Below, piece after piece: positions 1 to 12,783 of a stretch of DNA of 64,000 bases. The stretch comes from Felis catus. Lineage: Eukaryota. The translations under genes were made by a program, and so were the position numbers. The first letter of the stretch is position 1; the number at the start of each line of letters is the position of its first letter. Where the stretch lies: NCBI RefSeq assembly GCF_018350175.1, contig NC_058368.1, positions 121,398,001 to 121,462,000 on the forward strand, in the 5' to 3' direction. The notes below the pieces were generated by a model. It worked only from the letters and a program-made list of their open reading frames with translations. It was not told the DNA's origin and searched no databases.

Positions 1-1683
1 TAAATAAAAATAAAAACAGTATCATTTCTATCTACTCACAAATAAATGCCTATATCATATATCACTAATAAGCAGAGTCCCAAATGTGCTGTCTGAATTT
101 CATTTCATTTCTGCAAACACAAGTAGCCCCTTCTACAGAGTGACAAATGAAGCAAGTAGCCTTTTCAGAATTTTCAGTGACTTATTTTTTCCTTATTCTA
201 AAAGCATGCCATCAAAACCAAGGGTTGGGAATGAATCTAAATGAAAAGTAGTGTATAGTAAAATTTCTGATAATCTATTTACTTTCAACTCTAACCTTTA
301 CTAAGGTACAGGGGGGGAAAAACTTTCTCCACTTGTCAATGTGCTGTTTTAAAATACGTACGGAAGAGAAAAGAGGATACGAAACACTCCTTTCCCTTAT
401 GTCATCAAAATGGTACCGTATACAACGTAAGGACATCCTCCTTTATTATAAAAACTAACATTTAGCTCTTTTGAATGAAAACAAACAAACATTTTTTAAA
501 AAGCTGACCATTCCAAATAATGCCCAAAGATGATGAAACCATATGATATCTAGTCACTGATTACTAAATAAAAATATTAACCTCTCAAAGAATAGCAGTT
601 TTTAATAAAAGATGCATTTTTAAACATCTGCAACATTACATTCTGTATTTGGCTCTCCTCCTGCCTCCTTGAAAATGCTGGTATGAATATGTAACCCACT
701 GGGTGCAATTTCATTTCTCTACCTACCAAAATGGCTTTTACTTTTTTAGTTAGCGTAAGTCAAAATCTGCAAGCAATTCTACAGACCACGTTCTATTTCC
801 ATTACACACAATCAAATGAAGAGGCAGCTCTCCATAAAAATAGGCTCACAAGGAATACAAAAACACTTGCTCTTCTCTTTCCATCAAATTTTACAAATTT
901 TTAATTAAGTATGGAAATTTCTGAAATAAAAGCTCAATAAAATTCTCAAAAATTAAAGCTAAGAATTTTCCCTTCATGTTACTGCTTTATGCTTTGGCCA
1001 TAATCACTATTTTGTCTCTTCTTTAAGTGTTCCGTCACAGTCTGTGTCTATCAATAACTGTTCCTGAGCAAAACTTCAACAACATATACTTAGTTTCTAT
1101 TTTTCCAGTGTGAAAGAAAAAAGATAGATGAACTTTTTTCTTTAGGGAAACTTAGAACTAAGTGTTAAGTGTTGAGTTTCCTTTAAATTCGACAATCATA
1201 TTTAATAGCTATTTACCGGACGGAGCCAAAAACAACAAGCTCTCCATTTCTACGAGTAATTAGCAAATTGACCATTCTGTTTTAAATTACTCAAGAGCCA
1301 AGCTTCAGATTTTTTTAAAACATAACTAAGTTAAGGCTTCATGAATCCCAGGGTTCAAGCCACAATCAACTCAAAAGGCAAACTCAGTCCTTTGGCTTCA
1401 TAATTTTAACCACATATGAGAAAGTCTCATTATCTTTTAATTACATATGACTAGATCCAATGTGTTTTTGTAAGAAAGCTTCAGAAATGATAAAAAAAAA
1501 AAAGTAACTTTTCCCTCAGGATCCACTTAAGAGCCAGGAAGGCTAACAAAAAACTTTCCGTGCCTAAAGACAATTAGACAAAGTCACCCGTCTTCCTTCT
1601 CCCGGACATTGTCAGCACCCTCCAAACAAAACAGCACAGGCAGCACCCAACAATGTAGGGGGAAAGTCTGCAGAGAGCATCAC

Positions 1684-1794
1684 CTCAAAGTGATTACGGA
1701 GCACTGACAGGGTGATATGTTGCCAAGGAGGATAGCTCTTCGCCACGTAGATGGTGCAATGTGAAGGCTTCTGAGGCGGTTGCTTGTCAGTCTT
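1684..1794 (-). CDS. LARS1: LARS1 exon 27 (111 nt)
   Basis: gtag|[37 protein letters not shown]|gtgatg. Confidence 0.97.
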
Positions 1795-2047
1795 CTACGG
1801 GGCAAAAGAAAGGGAAGACAACATTTCATCACTTTTGTATAAATCAAAGATGAGAGAACCCTCTCCTGGTACATACCACTACTGCCTCGGACGTTAACAA
1901 GCACACACGTACTACAAAACGGACTTAGCAGTAAAGATATCCTGACACATTTGAACAATAATTGTCTTAAGTTCCATTCATAGCAAATGTTACTGAACTA
2001 ATAACTTTTAAAGAACAATCTTTAAAAAAAAAAAAAAATGACTTCAC

Positions 2048-2188
2048 CTTCCCCTTAGCAGGCATCATATAGTTCTTGAGTCGCAATCTAAGGTCATGTG
2101 CTACTTCCATGAGATACTGTGAGGAACGTATCAAGGCTTCATCCACGGGACCCGCCAGAGGCCATGAAGCATTCATAATTGAGTCAGG
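2048..2188 (-). CDS. LARS1: LARS1 exon 26 (141 nt)
   Basis: aaag|[47 protein letters not shown]|gtgaag. Confidence 0.97.
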
Positions 2189-3233
2189 CTTTAAGAAAAA
2201 AACAAAAAAACAAAAAAAAAAGCAGTTCAGTGGGATTAAACAACACAACTATTTTATGGTTCTTGATTACATTTCCATACCAAGGCTACCATCTGTAATT
2301 GCGTGCTCGAAGTTCAAACCTTACTACCCATAACACACTTCCACAGCCCCTGATCTAATGTTCCCTAGAATTCAAGCTGTGAAGTCTGACTCTACATTCT
2401 TAATTAGCATCCATTTGTACAAGCGTATTAATACCCACACACAGATGCTCACTTTCAAAGAAAATTATGTAATGCTAATTTGCCTAAATTTAATCTTTAT
2501 TACATAAATTATACAAACTCTCAGTTTTTATCCTATTAATACATCCAGTTTTGAAAGCATGGCTATTCAGGATATATATCATGAGCACATTTTTGCATTG
2601 TTCATGCATTGGAAAAATACAAAGGAGTTTGGCTTATAAAGTTGAAAAGGAATTATTAAACCATCCAATCGGTTTATCTGCAAGCCTAGGAGAAATAACT
2701 GAATTTACCTTCACAGTAAGTAAGGATGCTAATATAAAGCCCTAAATATGCAGCCCTACATATGCCAGAAATTTTATATAAAACAAAAATATTTATGCAA
2801 AGAGACACTTCTATCTTGTTAAAAGCTGCTCATAACAGTCATTTATATATATTTCTCAGGATTTTCACCTTTTAACAGTTGGAAAAAACAGAATTAGTTA
2901 TCTATGTATTCAAATTAAATGTATTTTTAAAATATATTAAAATGTATTTTCCTAACAAGAATTAGGTGATAACAAGAATTTCCTAACAAGAATTAGGTGA
3001 TAAGATGCGTAGTCCCATGTTTTTAAAATATACACACTGCGTGTATATAAATAAAGGCACATATATGATGTATTTGTCTAAACAGAAGGTAGCTTGGGTT
3101 TAATTTGCTATAATGATTACGAGATGATGAGTCCAACATTAGCCTTGAAATATTCTTTTTCAGTCTTCTCCTCTTAAGTAACATTATTCTGTATTTATTT
3201 AATAAGTGCCAAATCAAAACTACCCAAATCTTA

Positions 3234-3389
<156 letters not shown>

Positions 3390-4555
3390 CTACAAAATTT
3401 GAAATTATTTATCATTTTCTCCCCATACTTCGTTAAAAAAAAAACAAAAGAAAAAATGCAGTACCTCTATTTTAATGCATTTTTAAGCTTTTAGTCTTTC
3501 CAAATTCCATAATGAATTGTCATAAAAGTTTTACTTCATTTTTTTAAAGAAATCTCTACACCCAATGTGGGGTTCAAACCCACGACCCTGAGATCAAGAG
3601 TCACAAGCTCTACCAACTGAGCCAGCCAGGCACCCCAGTTTTACTACATTTCTAACACCTTGCAATTAAATGTGTACCAATCATTGTCAAAAAATATTAT
3701 GGTTTTATATTAATGATTCTCAAAAAAAAATTTTTTTAAGACATTTTAAAAATACATTAACAGACATAAAGGCTGCACAATTTAAACTGCATATTAAGGG
3801 CTGACGATGCTCTGAATAGCCTATAAGAAAGATATTAAGTATCAAAAATGGCTATAAATACGACACACTGCTATGTTCAGCACTTATCCTTATTTAACCA
3901 CATCTATGAAAAGCAAGTTACATAAATCCCAATGTGATATTTTACAAAACTGATTGAGGAAACCTACATTTTTACTTTAAGCACTTGAACTGCCAAACTT
4001 GAGGAAATACTGACACCTTGTGGAAAACATCAGAACACGCTTGTTTTCAAACCAATGGCAGTTACAGTTTTGCCTTTATGTTTTATCAATTTAAAATGTT
4101 CTCCTGCAAAATGTGGCTGGTTTTTAGACCTAACCTCTTTATTAACTCACAGCTCTACTAGAAACAGAAATACTTTTATTACATGAACACAACCGAAAGA
4201 ATATCAAAGAGAAATATTTAAAATCACAATTACTTAGGAATTTAAAAACTGCTTGGGAACAATTTCAGTCTCTATTCATTCATTCATTTTTGAGAGACAG
4301 AGACAGAGAGAGAGACAGAGCATGAACAGGGGAGGGACAGAGAGAGAGGGAGACACAGAACCCGAAAAAGGCTCCAGGCTCTGAGCTGTCAGCACAGAGT
4401 CTGACATGGGGTTCGAACTCACGAACTGTGAGATCGTGACCTGAGCCAAAGTCAGATGCATTCGACTGAGCCACGCAGGCACCCCGTCAGTCTCTATTTT
4501 AGTTATTATGTTATAGCAGGAGGGAAAAAGGGTGAAATACATCATATTCATACTA

Positions 4556-4786
<231 letters not shown>

Positions 4787-4988
4787 TTAAGACCACTCAA
4801 CCACAAAACCAGTTAACAACAGTTAGCGACGTCCTTGTTTAACAATTTCTTGATGGAAACTTTATCATGAAGCCCAAAATACAATATGAAAACAGCTTAA
4901 CAAAGGAGCTAGTCGGATTTACTTGCTGCATTTTAAACAACTAACATTGGCTATTAAAAAAATTTTTCTCATGCTACCTATGGCCCTC

Positions 4989-5666
4989 TTTTTTTTTTTT
5001 TTTTTTTTGACTTTCGTGTCAGTAATTTTTTTTTTTTATTAACTTGTTTTATTTTTTTTAATTTACACCCAAATTAGTTAGCATATAGTGCAACAGTGAT
5101 TTCAGGAGTAGATTCCTTAGTGCACCTTACCCCTTTAGCCCATCCCCCCTCCCACAACCCCTCCTGTAACCCTCAGTTTGTTCTCCATATTTATGAGTCT
5201 CTTCTGTTTTGTCCCCCTCCCTGTTTTTATATTATTTTTGTTTCCGTTCCCTTATGTTCATCTGTTTTGTCTTTTAAAGTCCTCATATGAGTGAGTTATG
5301 ACTTTTGTCTTTCTCTGACTAATTTCACTTAGCATAATACCCTCCAATTCCATCCATCTTGCCAGTTGCAAATGGCAAGATTTCATTCTTTTTGATTGCC
5401 GAGTCATACTCCATTGTATAGATATACCACATCTTCTTTATCCATTCATCCATTGATGGACATGTGGACTCTTTCCATACTTTGGCTATTGTGGACAGTG
5501 CTGCTATAAACATGGGGGTGCATGTGTCCCTTCGAAACAGCACACCTGTATCCCTTGGATAAATGCCTAGTAGTGTAATTGCTGGGTCGTAGGGTAATTC
5601 TATTTTTAGTTTTTTGAGGAACCTCCATACTGTTTTCCAGAGTGGATGCACCAGCTTGCATTCCCA
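4989..5666 (-). mobile_element. LINE-1 3' fragment (older subfamily), same orientation as LARS1
   Basis: ORF 5325..5651 is ORF2 end ([21 protein letters not shown]); poly(T) on plus; TSD TACCTATGGCCCT at 4975-4987 and 5667-5679. Confidence 0.93.
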
Positions 5667-6044
5667 TACCTATGGCCCTTCTTAATTTAGCCTAATCTGG
5701 CCCCAACTTGTTTGATCTTCTACTCTCCCCCCCATATATGGTGCTTCACATAAATACCACGCTCTCCATGGCTTTTTCCTCTCTGTAAAAATCCATGTAG
5801 TTTTCAAGAAACCCAGAACTCACAAGCCATCTCCTCTGAATTCCCTCTACCTATATTATCGCACTTGTAATGTGTTGGATATGTGAAGGGTCAAGTCCTA
5901 TTCAACTTTGTAACACCAGTTCTTAAGATGGCTCCTGATGCAAAGATGATGATAAGTGCTTTTAGAAAGAAAAAAAAAAATGACATTCTCTTACCGTTTT
6001 AATCTACTTTTCATTTAACCATTCTGTCCTACTCTAATGCCAAG

Positions 6045-6295
6045 ACAGCATGGTAAAATGGTAATGAGAATGAGCTCTGGAGAAAGAAGCAAATTCATAT
6101 CCTCCATCTGAAACTATTAGTTTTGAGGCACTTAATAAAATACTTAATTTTTCTAAGCTTCGATTTCTTTAAAATAGAGCTAGTAATATCTTTATCACAT
6201 AAGGTTGCTGTGAGGGTAAAATCAGATAATGGATGCGAAGAGCTTAGCAGAGTACCTAGAACAAGTAAGCTTTCAGTGAATAGTAGCTATTATTA
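6045..6295 (+). mobile_element. MIR relic
   Basis: MIR core-like CTTAATTTTTCTAAGCTTCGATTTC..AGGTTGCTGTGAGGGTAAAAT..AGCTTAGCAGAGTACCTAG. Confidence 0.65.
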
Positions 6296-6393
6296 ACATC
6301 TAATTTATTTTAGGAGAGAAAAAAAAAGAAAACTTAAAAATGCACAAGGACTAAGCAACTCTGAAGGCCAAAGTGGCCAGAGTCCACAAATTA

Positions 6394-6654
<261 letters not shown>

Positions 6655-8629
6655 TCAGTCACTTAAGCGTCTGACTCTGGACTTTGGCTCCAGTTGTGAT
6701 CTTGCCGTTCCTGAGACTGAGCCTCAAGTGGGGCTTGGGATTCTCTCTCTCTGCCCCTCCCATGCTCATGCTCTGTGTGTGCCTCTCTCTCAAAGTAAAT
6801 AAATAAACTTTTAAAAAATAATTTAAAAACAAAATATGGTTACTAAATATCAACGATGTATCCAATTTGGTATACTGCAAACCTACATATAAATTAAGAA
6901 ATAGCAGATGCTTTAAAGGACTGCATGGGGACGCCTGGGTGGCTCAGTCGGTTAAGCTTCCAAGTGTTGATTTCAGCTCAGGTCATGATCTCATAGTTTG
7001 TGAGATCAAGCCCCACATCGGGCTCTTGGCTCACAGTGCAGAGCCTTCTTGGGATTCTCTCTCCTCTCTCTGCCCCTTCCCTGATTGTGCCCTCTCTCTC
7101 TCTTTTACAAATAAACTTTATAAAATTAAAAAAATATAAAAAATTTAAAAAATAATAAAGGACTGCCATGGATCTAAAACAAAAATAAAAATCACCAAAA
7201 GTAGGATCCACAATGTTGTTCAAATATTTGAATCACATGTATTTATTTGCATACACTTAGCATCAATAGCTGTTTCTTCTCAGGCATGCTGAGTTAATGA
7301 GATAAAGTGGTCTTTAATGAAGCAGGGGAAAAAAGTGATAAACTGGCAATAGGGATCCCTATCAGCATCTAAGGCTCATTTAGAGGGAGCAAAACACTAT
7401 ATTTTAATGCATGAGTACACACACTGGTGCCTTCCATGTACAAAAATATATTTAATTTCTTATTTCTAAAAGCGATTCTTCTAAGCTTTCTAACAAAATT
7501 TTGCTTTCCAACCAGAATATTTATTCTAAAATATTGAAAAAAAAAAACATTAATAACAGCCTAATTAAGTTACAGGATATCCTTGTACAATGGAATACTA
7601 TAATGCTGCAAAAGAGTGAGGAAACTCGATATGTATCTATATGGAATGATCTCAAATATGAACAATTAAGTGAAAAAGTACAAGTTCAGAAGAGTAGGTA
7701 TTGCTTTCTACCGTCTATGCCTACAAGGGAGGAGATGAGAACATGTCACATTAAGTTACGTACGCATTAAATATACATTATAATACACAAGAAGCTCTAA
7801 ACTTTTAACTTTTTATTTCAAATAATTTTACACTTAAAGAAAAGGTGCAAGAGAATAGACATAAACATTAGACATTTAACAGGCTCCCCTAACATTAACA
7901 ACCTACCTAACCATAGTTTCAAACCCAGGAAGTTAACATTAGTACGATAGTATTAACTACAGATCTTATTCAAATTTCACCAGTTTTTCTTCTAATATTC
8001 TGTTTCTGCTGCAGGATCCAATCTGGAAAAACACATTGCATTTAACCATTTTACCTCCTTGGTCTCCTCATATCTGTGACAGTTTCTTCGTCTTTGTCTT
8101 TCATGACCCTGACATTTTTGATGAGTACTCATCAGTTACTTAATAGAATTTCTCTCAACTTGGTTTGTCTGATGTTTTCTCATGATTAGACTGAGCTTAT
8201 AAACCTCTGGCAGAAGCGATGTTATGTGTCTTCTCAGTGCATCACTATCAGGGAGGTGCAAGATACTGATTCAACTTTTTACTGGTGTTGCAAGCTTTCA
8301 TCACTGACGTAGTGTCTGCCGGCTTTTCTCCACTATAGACTTAATCGTTTTTCCTTTTGTGATTAAAAAATATCTTGGTGGGGTACCTGGGTGGCTCAGT
8401 TGGTTAAGCGTCCATCTAACTCATGATTTCAGCTCAGGTCATGATCTCACGTTTCTGAGACTGGGCCCTACATCAGGCTCCGTGCTCACAGCACAGAGCC
8501 TGCTTGGGATTTTCCCTCTCTCCCTCCCTCTCTCTGCTCCTCCCCTGCTTTCCCTGCCCCTCCCCTGCTTGCGCTCTCCCTGAAAATGAATAAACATTTT
8601 TTTTAATAAAATAAAATCTTTGAATAAAT

Positions 8630-11600
8630 AAATGTTTGGTAAAATTCGCCCCTGAAGACATCTGGTTCTGGACTTTTATTTTTTGGGAGTTTTTTGATTA
8701 CTGATTCAATTTCTTTGCTAGTAATCAGTCTGTTCAAATATTCTATTTCTTCCTGTTTCAGCTTTCAGAGGTTATATGTTTCTAGGAATTTATCCATTTC
8801 TTCTAGGTTGCCTAATTTGTTGGCATATAGTTTTGCATAATATTCTAATTGTTTGTATTTCTGTGGTGTTTATTTCTCCTCTCTCATTTATGATTTTATT
8901 TATTTGGGTCCTTTCTCTTTTTTTCTTGATGAGTCTACTTAGAAGTTTATCAATTTTATTGATTTTTTTCCAAGACCCAGCTCCTAGTTTCATTGATCTG
9001 TTTCACTGGGGTTTTTGTTTTTGTTTTAGTTTCTATATCATTTATTTCTACTCTAATCTTTTTTTTTTTAATTTTTTTTTAACGTTTATTTATTTTTCAG
9101 ACAGAGAGAGAGCATGAACGGAGGAGGGGCAGAAAGAGAGGGAAACACAGAATCTGAGGCAGGCTCCAGGCTCTGAGCCACCAGCCCAGAGCCCGACATG
9201 GGGCTCAAACTCATGGACCGCGAGATCATGACCTGAGCTGAAGTCGGACGCTTAACCGACTGAGCCACCCAGGCGCCCCTCTACTCTAATCTTTATTACT
9301 TCCTAACCTCTGCTTGTTTTAGGTTTTGCTTCTTGCTCTTTGTTTAGCTCCTTTAGGTGTAATGTTAGATTGTTTGAGATTTTTTTTGTTTCTTGAAGTA
9401 GAACTGGATTGTTATAAACTTCTCTCAGAACTGCTTTCACTGTGTCCCAAAGGTTTTGGACCATTCTATTTCCATTTTCATTTGTTTCCATGTACTTTTT
9501 TATTTCTTCTTTTATTTCCTGGTTGGTCTATTCAATGTTTTGGGGTTTTTTGTTTTTTTGTTTTTTAGGTTTATTTATTTTGAGAAAGAGGCATGGGGAG
9601 GGGCAGAGAGAGAATCTCAAGCAGGCTCCAAACTGTCAGTGCAGAGCCCAATGTGGTGCTCAAACCCAAGAACTGTGAGATATGACCTGAGCCGAAATGA
9701 AGAGTGGGACACTTAACTGACTGAGCCACGCAGGCACCCCAGGGCCCATTCCAAGTTTAATAGCATGGTATTTAATCACCATGTATTTGTGGTCTTTCCA
9801 GATTTTTTCTTGTAGTTAACTTCTAATTTCATAATGTTGTGATCAGAAAAGATGCATGTTACGACTTGGATCTTTTTAAATTTGTTAAGGCTTGTTTTGT
9901 GGCGTAATATGTGATCCATTCTAGAGAATGTTCCATGTGCACTTGAAAAGAATGTGTATTGTGCTGTTTTACAAAGGAATGTTCTAAATATATCTGTTAA
10001 ATCCATCTGGTCCAGTGTGTCATTCAAAGCCATTGTTTCCTGGTTGATTTTCTGTTTAGATGACCTGTTCATTGATGTAAGTGGGGTGTTAAAGTCTGCT
10101 ACTATTATTGTATTATTATTGATCAGTTCCTTTATGTTTGCCATTAACTGTTTTATGTATTTCGGTGCAGATATAATGGTTATATCTTCCTGTTGAGTTG
10201 TCCCCTTTATTATTGCACAGTGTCCTTCTTTACCTCTCGTTATAGTCTTTGTTTTACAGTCTATTTTGTCCAATATAAGTACTGCTACTCTGGCTTTCTT
10301 CTGACATCCATTTGCAAGACATGTTTCTCTATCCCCATACTTTCAATCTGCAGGTGCCTTTAAGTCTAAAATGAGTCTCTTGTAGGGGGTGCCTGGCTGG
10401 CTCAGTCAGTGGAGTGTGCAGCTCTTGATCTCAGGTTTGTGATTTGAGGCCCCACCTTCAGTGTAGAGATTATTTAAAAATAGAATCTTAAAAAAAATGA
10501 GTTTCTTGTAGGCAGCATATAAATGGCTCTTGCTTTTTTTATTCATTATGTCATGCAGCGTCTTTTGATTGGAGTGTGTAGTCCATTTACATTCAAAGTA
10601 ATTATTGATATGGCACAAAAACAGACACATAGACCAATGGAATAGAATAGAAACCCCAGAACTAGACCCACAAACGTATGGCCAACTCATCTTTGACAAA
10701 GCAGGAAAGAACATCCAATGGAAAAAAGACAGTCTCTTTAACAAATGGTGCTGGGAGAACTGGACAGCAACATGCAGAAGGTTGAAACTAGACCACTTTC
10801 TCACACCATTCACAAAAATAAACTCAAAATGGATCAAGGACCTAAATGTGAGACAGGAAACCATCAAAACCTTAGAGGAGAAAGCAGGAAAAGACCTCTC
10901 TGACCTCAGCCGTAGCAATCTCTTACTCGACACATCCCCAAAGGCAAGGGAATTAAAAGCAAAAGTGAATTACTGGGACCTTATGAAGATAAAAAGCTTC
11001 TGCACAGCAAAGGAAACAACCAACAAAACTAAAAGGCAATCAACGAAATGGGAAAAGATATTCGCAAATGACATATCGGACAAAGGGCTAGTATCCAAAA
11101 TCTATAAAGAGCTCACCAAACTCCACACCCGAAAAACAAATAACCCAGTGAAGAAATGGGCAGAAAACATGAATAGACACTTCTCTAAAGAAGACATCCG
11201 GATGGCCAACAGGCACATGAAAAGATGTTCAGCGTTGCTCTTTATCAGGGAAATACAAATCAAAACCACACTCAGGTATCACCTCACGCCAGTCAGAGTG
11301 GCCAAAATGAACAAATCAGGAGACTCTAGATGCTGGAGAGGATGTGGAGAAACGGGAACCCTCTTGCACTGTTGGTGGGAATGCAAATTGGTGCAGCCGC
11401 TCTGGAAAGCAGTGTGGAGGTTCCTCAGAAAATTAAAAATAGACCTACCCTATGACCCAGCAATAGCACTGCTAGGAATTTATCCAAGGGATACAGGAGT
11501 ACTGATGCATAGGGCCACTTGTACCCCAATGTTCATAGCAGCACTCTCAACAATAGCCAAATTATGGAAAGAGCCTAAATGTCCATCAACTGATGAATGG

Positions 11601-12743
11601 ATAAAGAAATTGTGGTTTATATACACAATGGAATTCTACGTGGCAATGAGAAAAAATGAAATAGGGCGTTTTGTAGCAACGTGGATGGAACTGGAGAGTG
11701 TGATGCTAAGTGAAATAAGCCATACAGAGAAAGACAGATACCATATGGTTTCACTCTTATGTGGATCCTGAGAAACTTAACAGGAACCCATGGGGGAGGG
11801 GAAGGAAAAAAAAAAAAAAAAAGAGGTTAGAGTGGAAGAGAGCCAAAGCATAAGAGACTCTTAAAAACTGAGAACAAACTGAGGGTTGATGGGGGTGGGA
11901 GGGAGGAGAGGGTGGGTGATGGGTATTGAGGAGGGCACCTTTTGGGATGAGCACTGGGTGTTGTATGGAAACCAATTTGTCAATAAATTTCATTAAAAAA
12001 AAAGTAATTATTGATAGATTTGTATTTACATTCAAAGTAATTATTGATAGATATGTTTTTTAAAGTTTATTACTTGTTTTGTGTTGTTTCTGAAAATTTT
12101 CTCTGATCGTTTCTTGTCTTACTCTCTTTCATGGTTTGTTGGTTTCCTTTAGTGATATATTTTGATTTCTTTCTCTTCATTCTTTGTATATTTATTAGTA
12201 TTCTATTTGTGGTTACCATTAGATTTATACATACCATCTTCTGCATATCATGGTCTGTATTGTATTAAGTTGATGGTCATTTAAGTTTAAACCCATTCTT
12301 TACTTCCATCCCTCCCCATGTTTTAGGTATATGATGTTTTACATCCTTTTATTTTGTGAATTCCTTGACTGTTTTTTTTACAGATATATTCATTTTTTTA
12401 TTGCTTTTGTGTTTGCTACCCCCATACTGTCATTTTTGGTCTTTCCTTTCCACTCAAAGAGTCCTCTAATATTTCTTACAGGGCTGGTTTACTAGTCATG
12501 AACTCCTTTAGTTTTTGTCTGGAAAGCTCTTTATCTATTCTTCCATTCTGAATGATAGCCTTGATGGACAGAGTATTCTTGGCTGCAGGTTTTTCCCATT
12601 TAGCACTTTGCATATATCATGTCACTCCTTTCTAGCTTGGAAAGTTTCTGCTAAAAAATCTGTTGATCAACTTATGGGGTTTCCTTTGTATGTAACCATC
12701 TTCTTTTGTCTTGCTGTTTTTTAATGTTTATTTATTTATTTTT

Positions 12744-12783
<40 letters not shown>

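Noticed and set aside
1..1683. Further LARS1 exon or snoRNA in intron 27
   Set aside because: No sequence encoding the expected next peptide and no convincing C/D or H/ACA box arrangement seen.
10605..11771. 388-aa ORF as an independent gene
   Set aside because: It is the L1 ORF2 C-terminus; the start is a TTG in the TSD, and it lacks the endonuclease and RT core.
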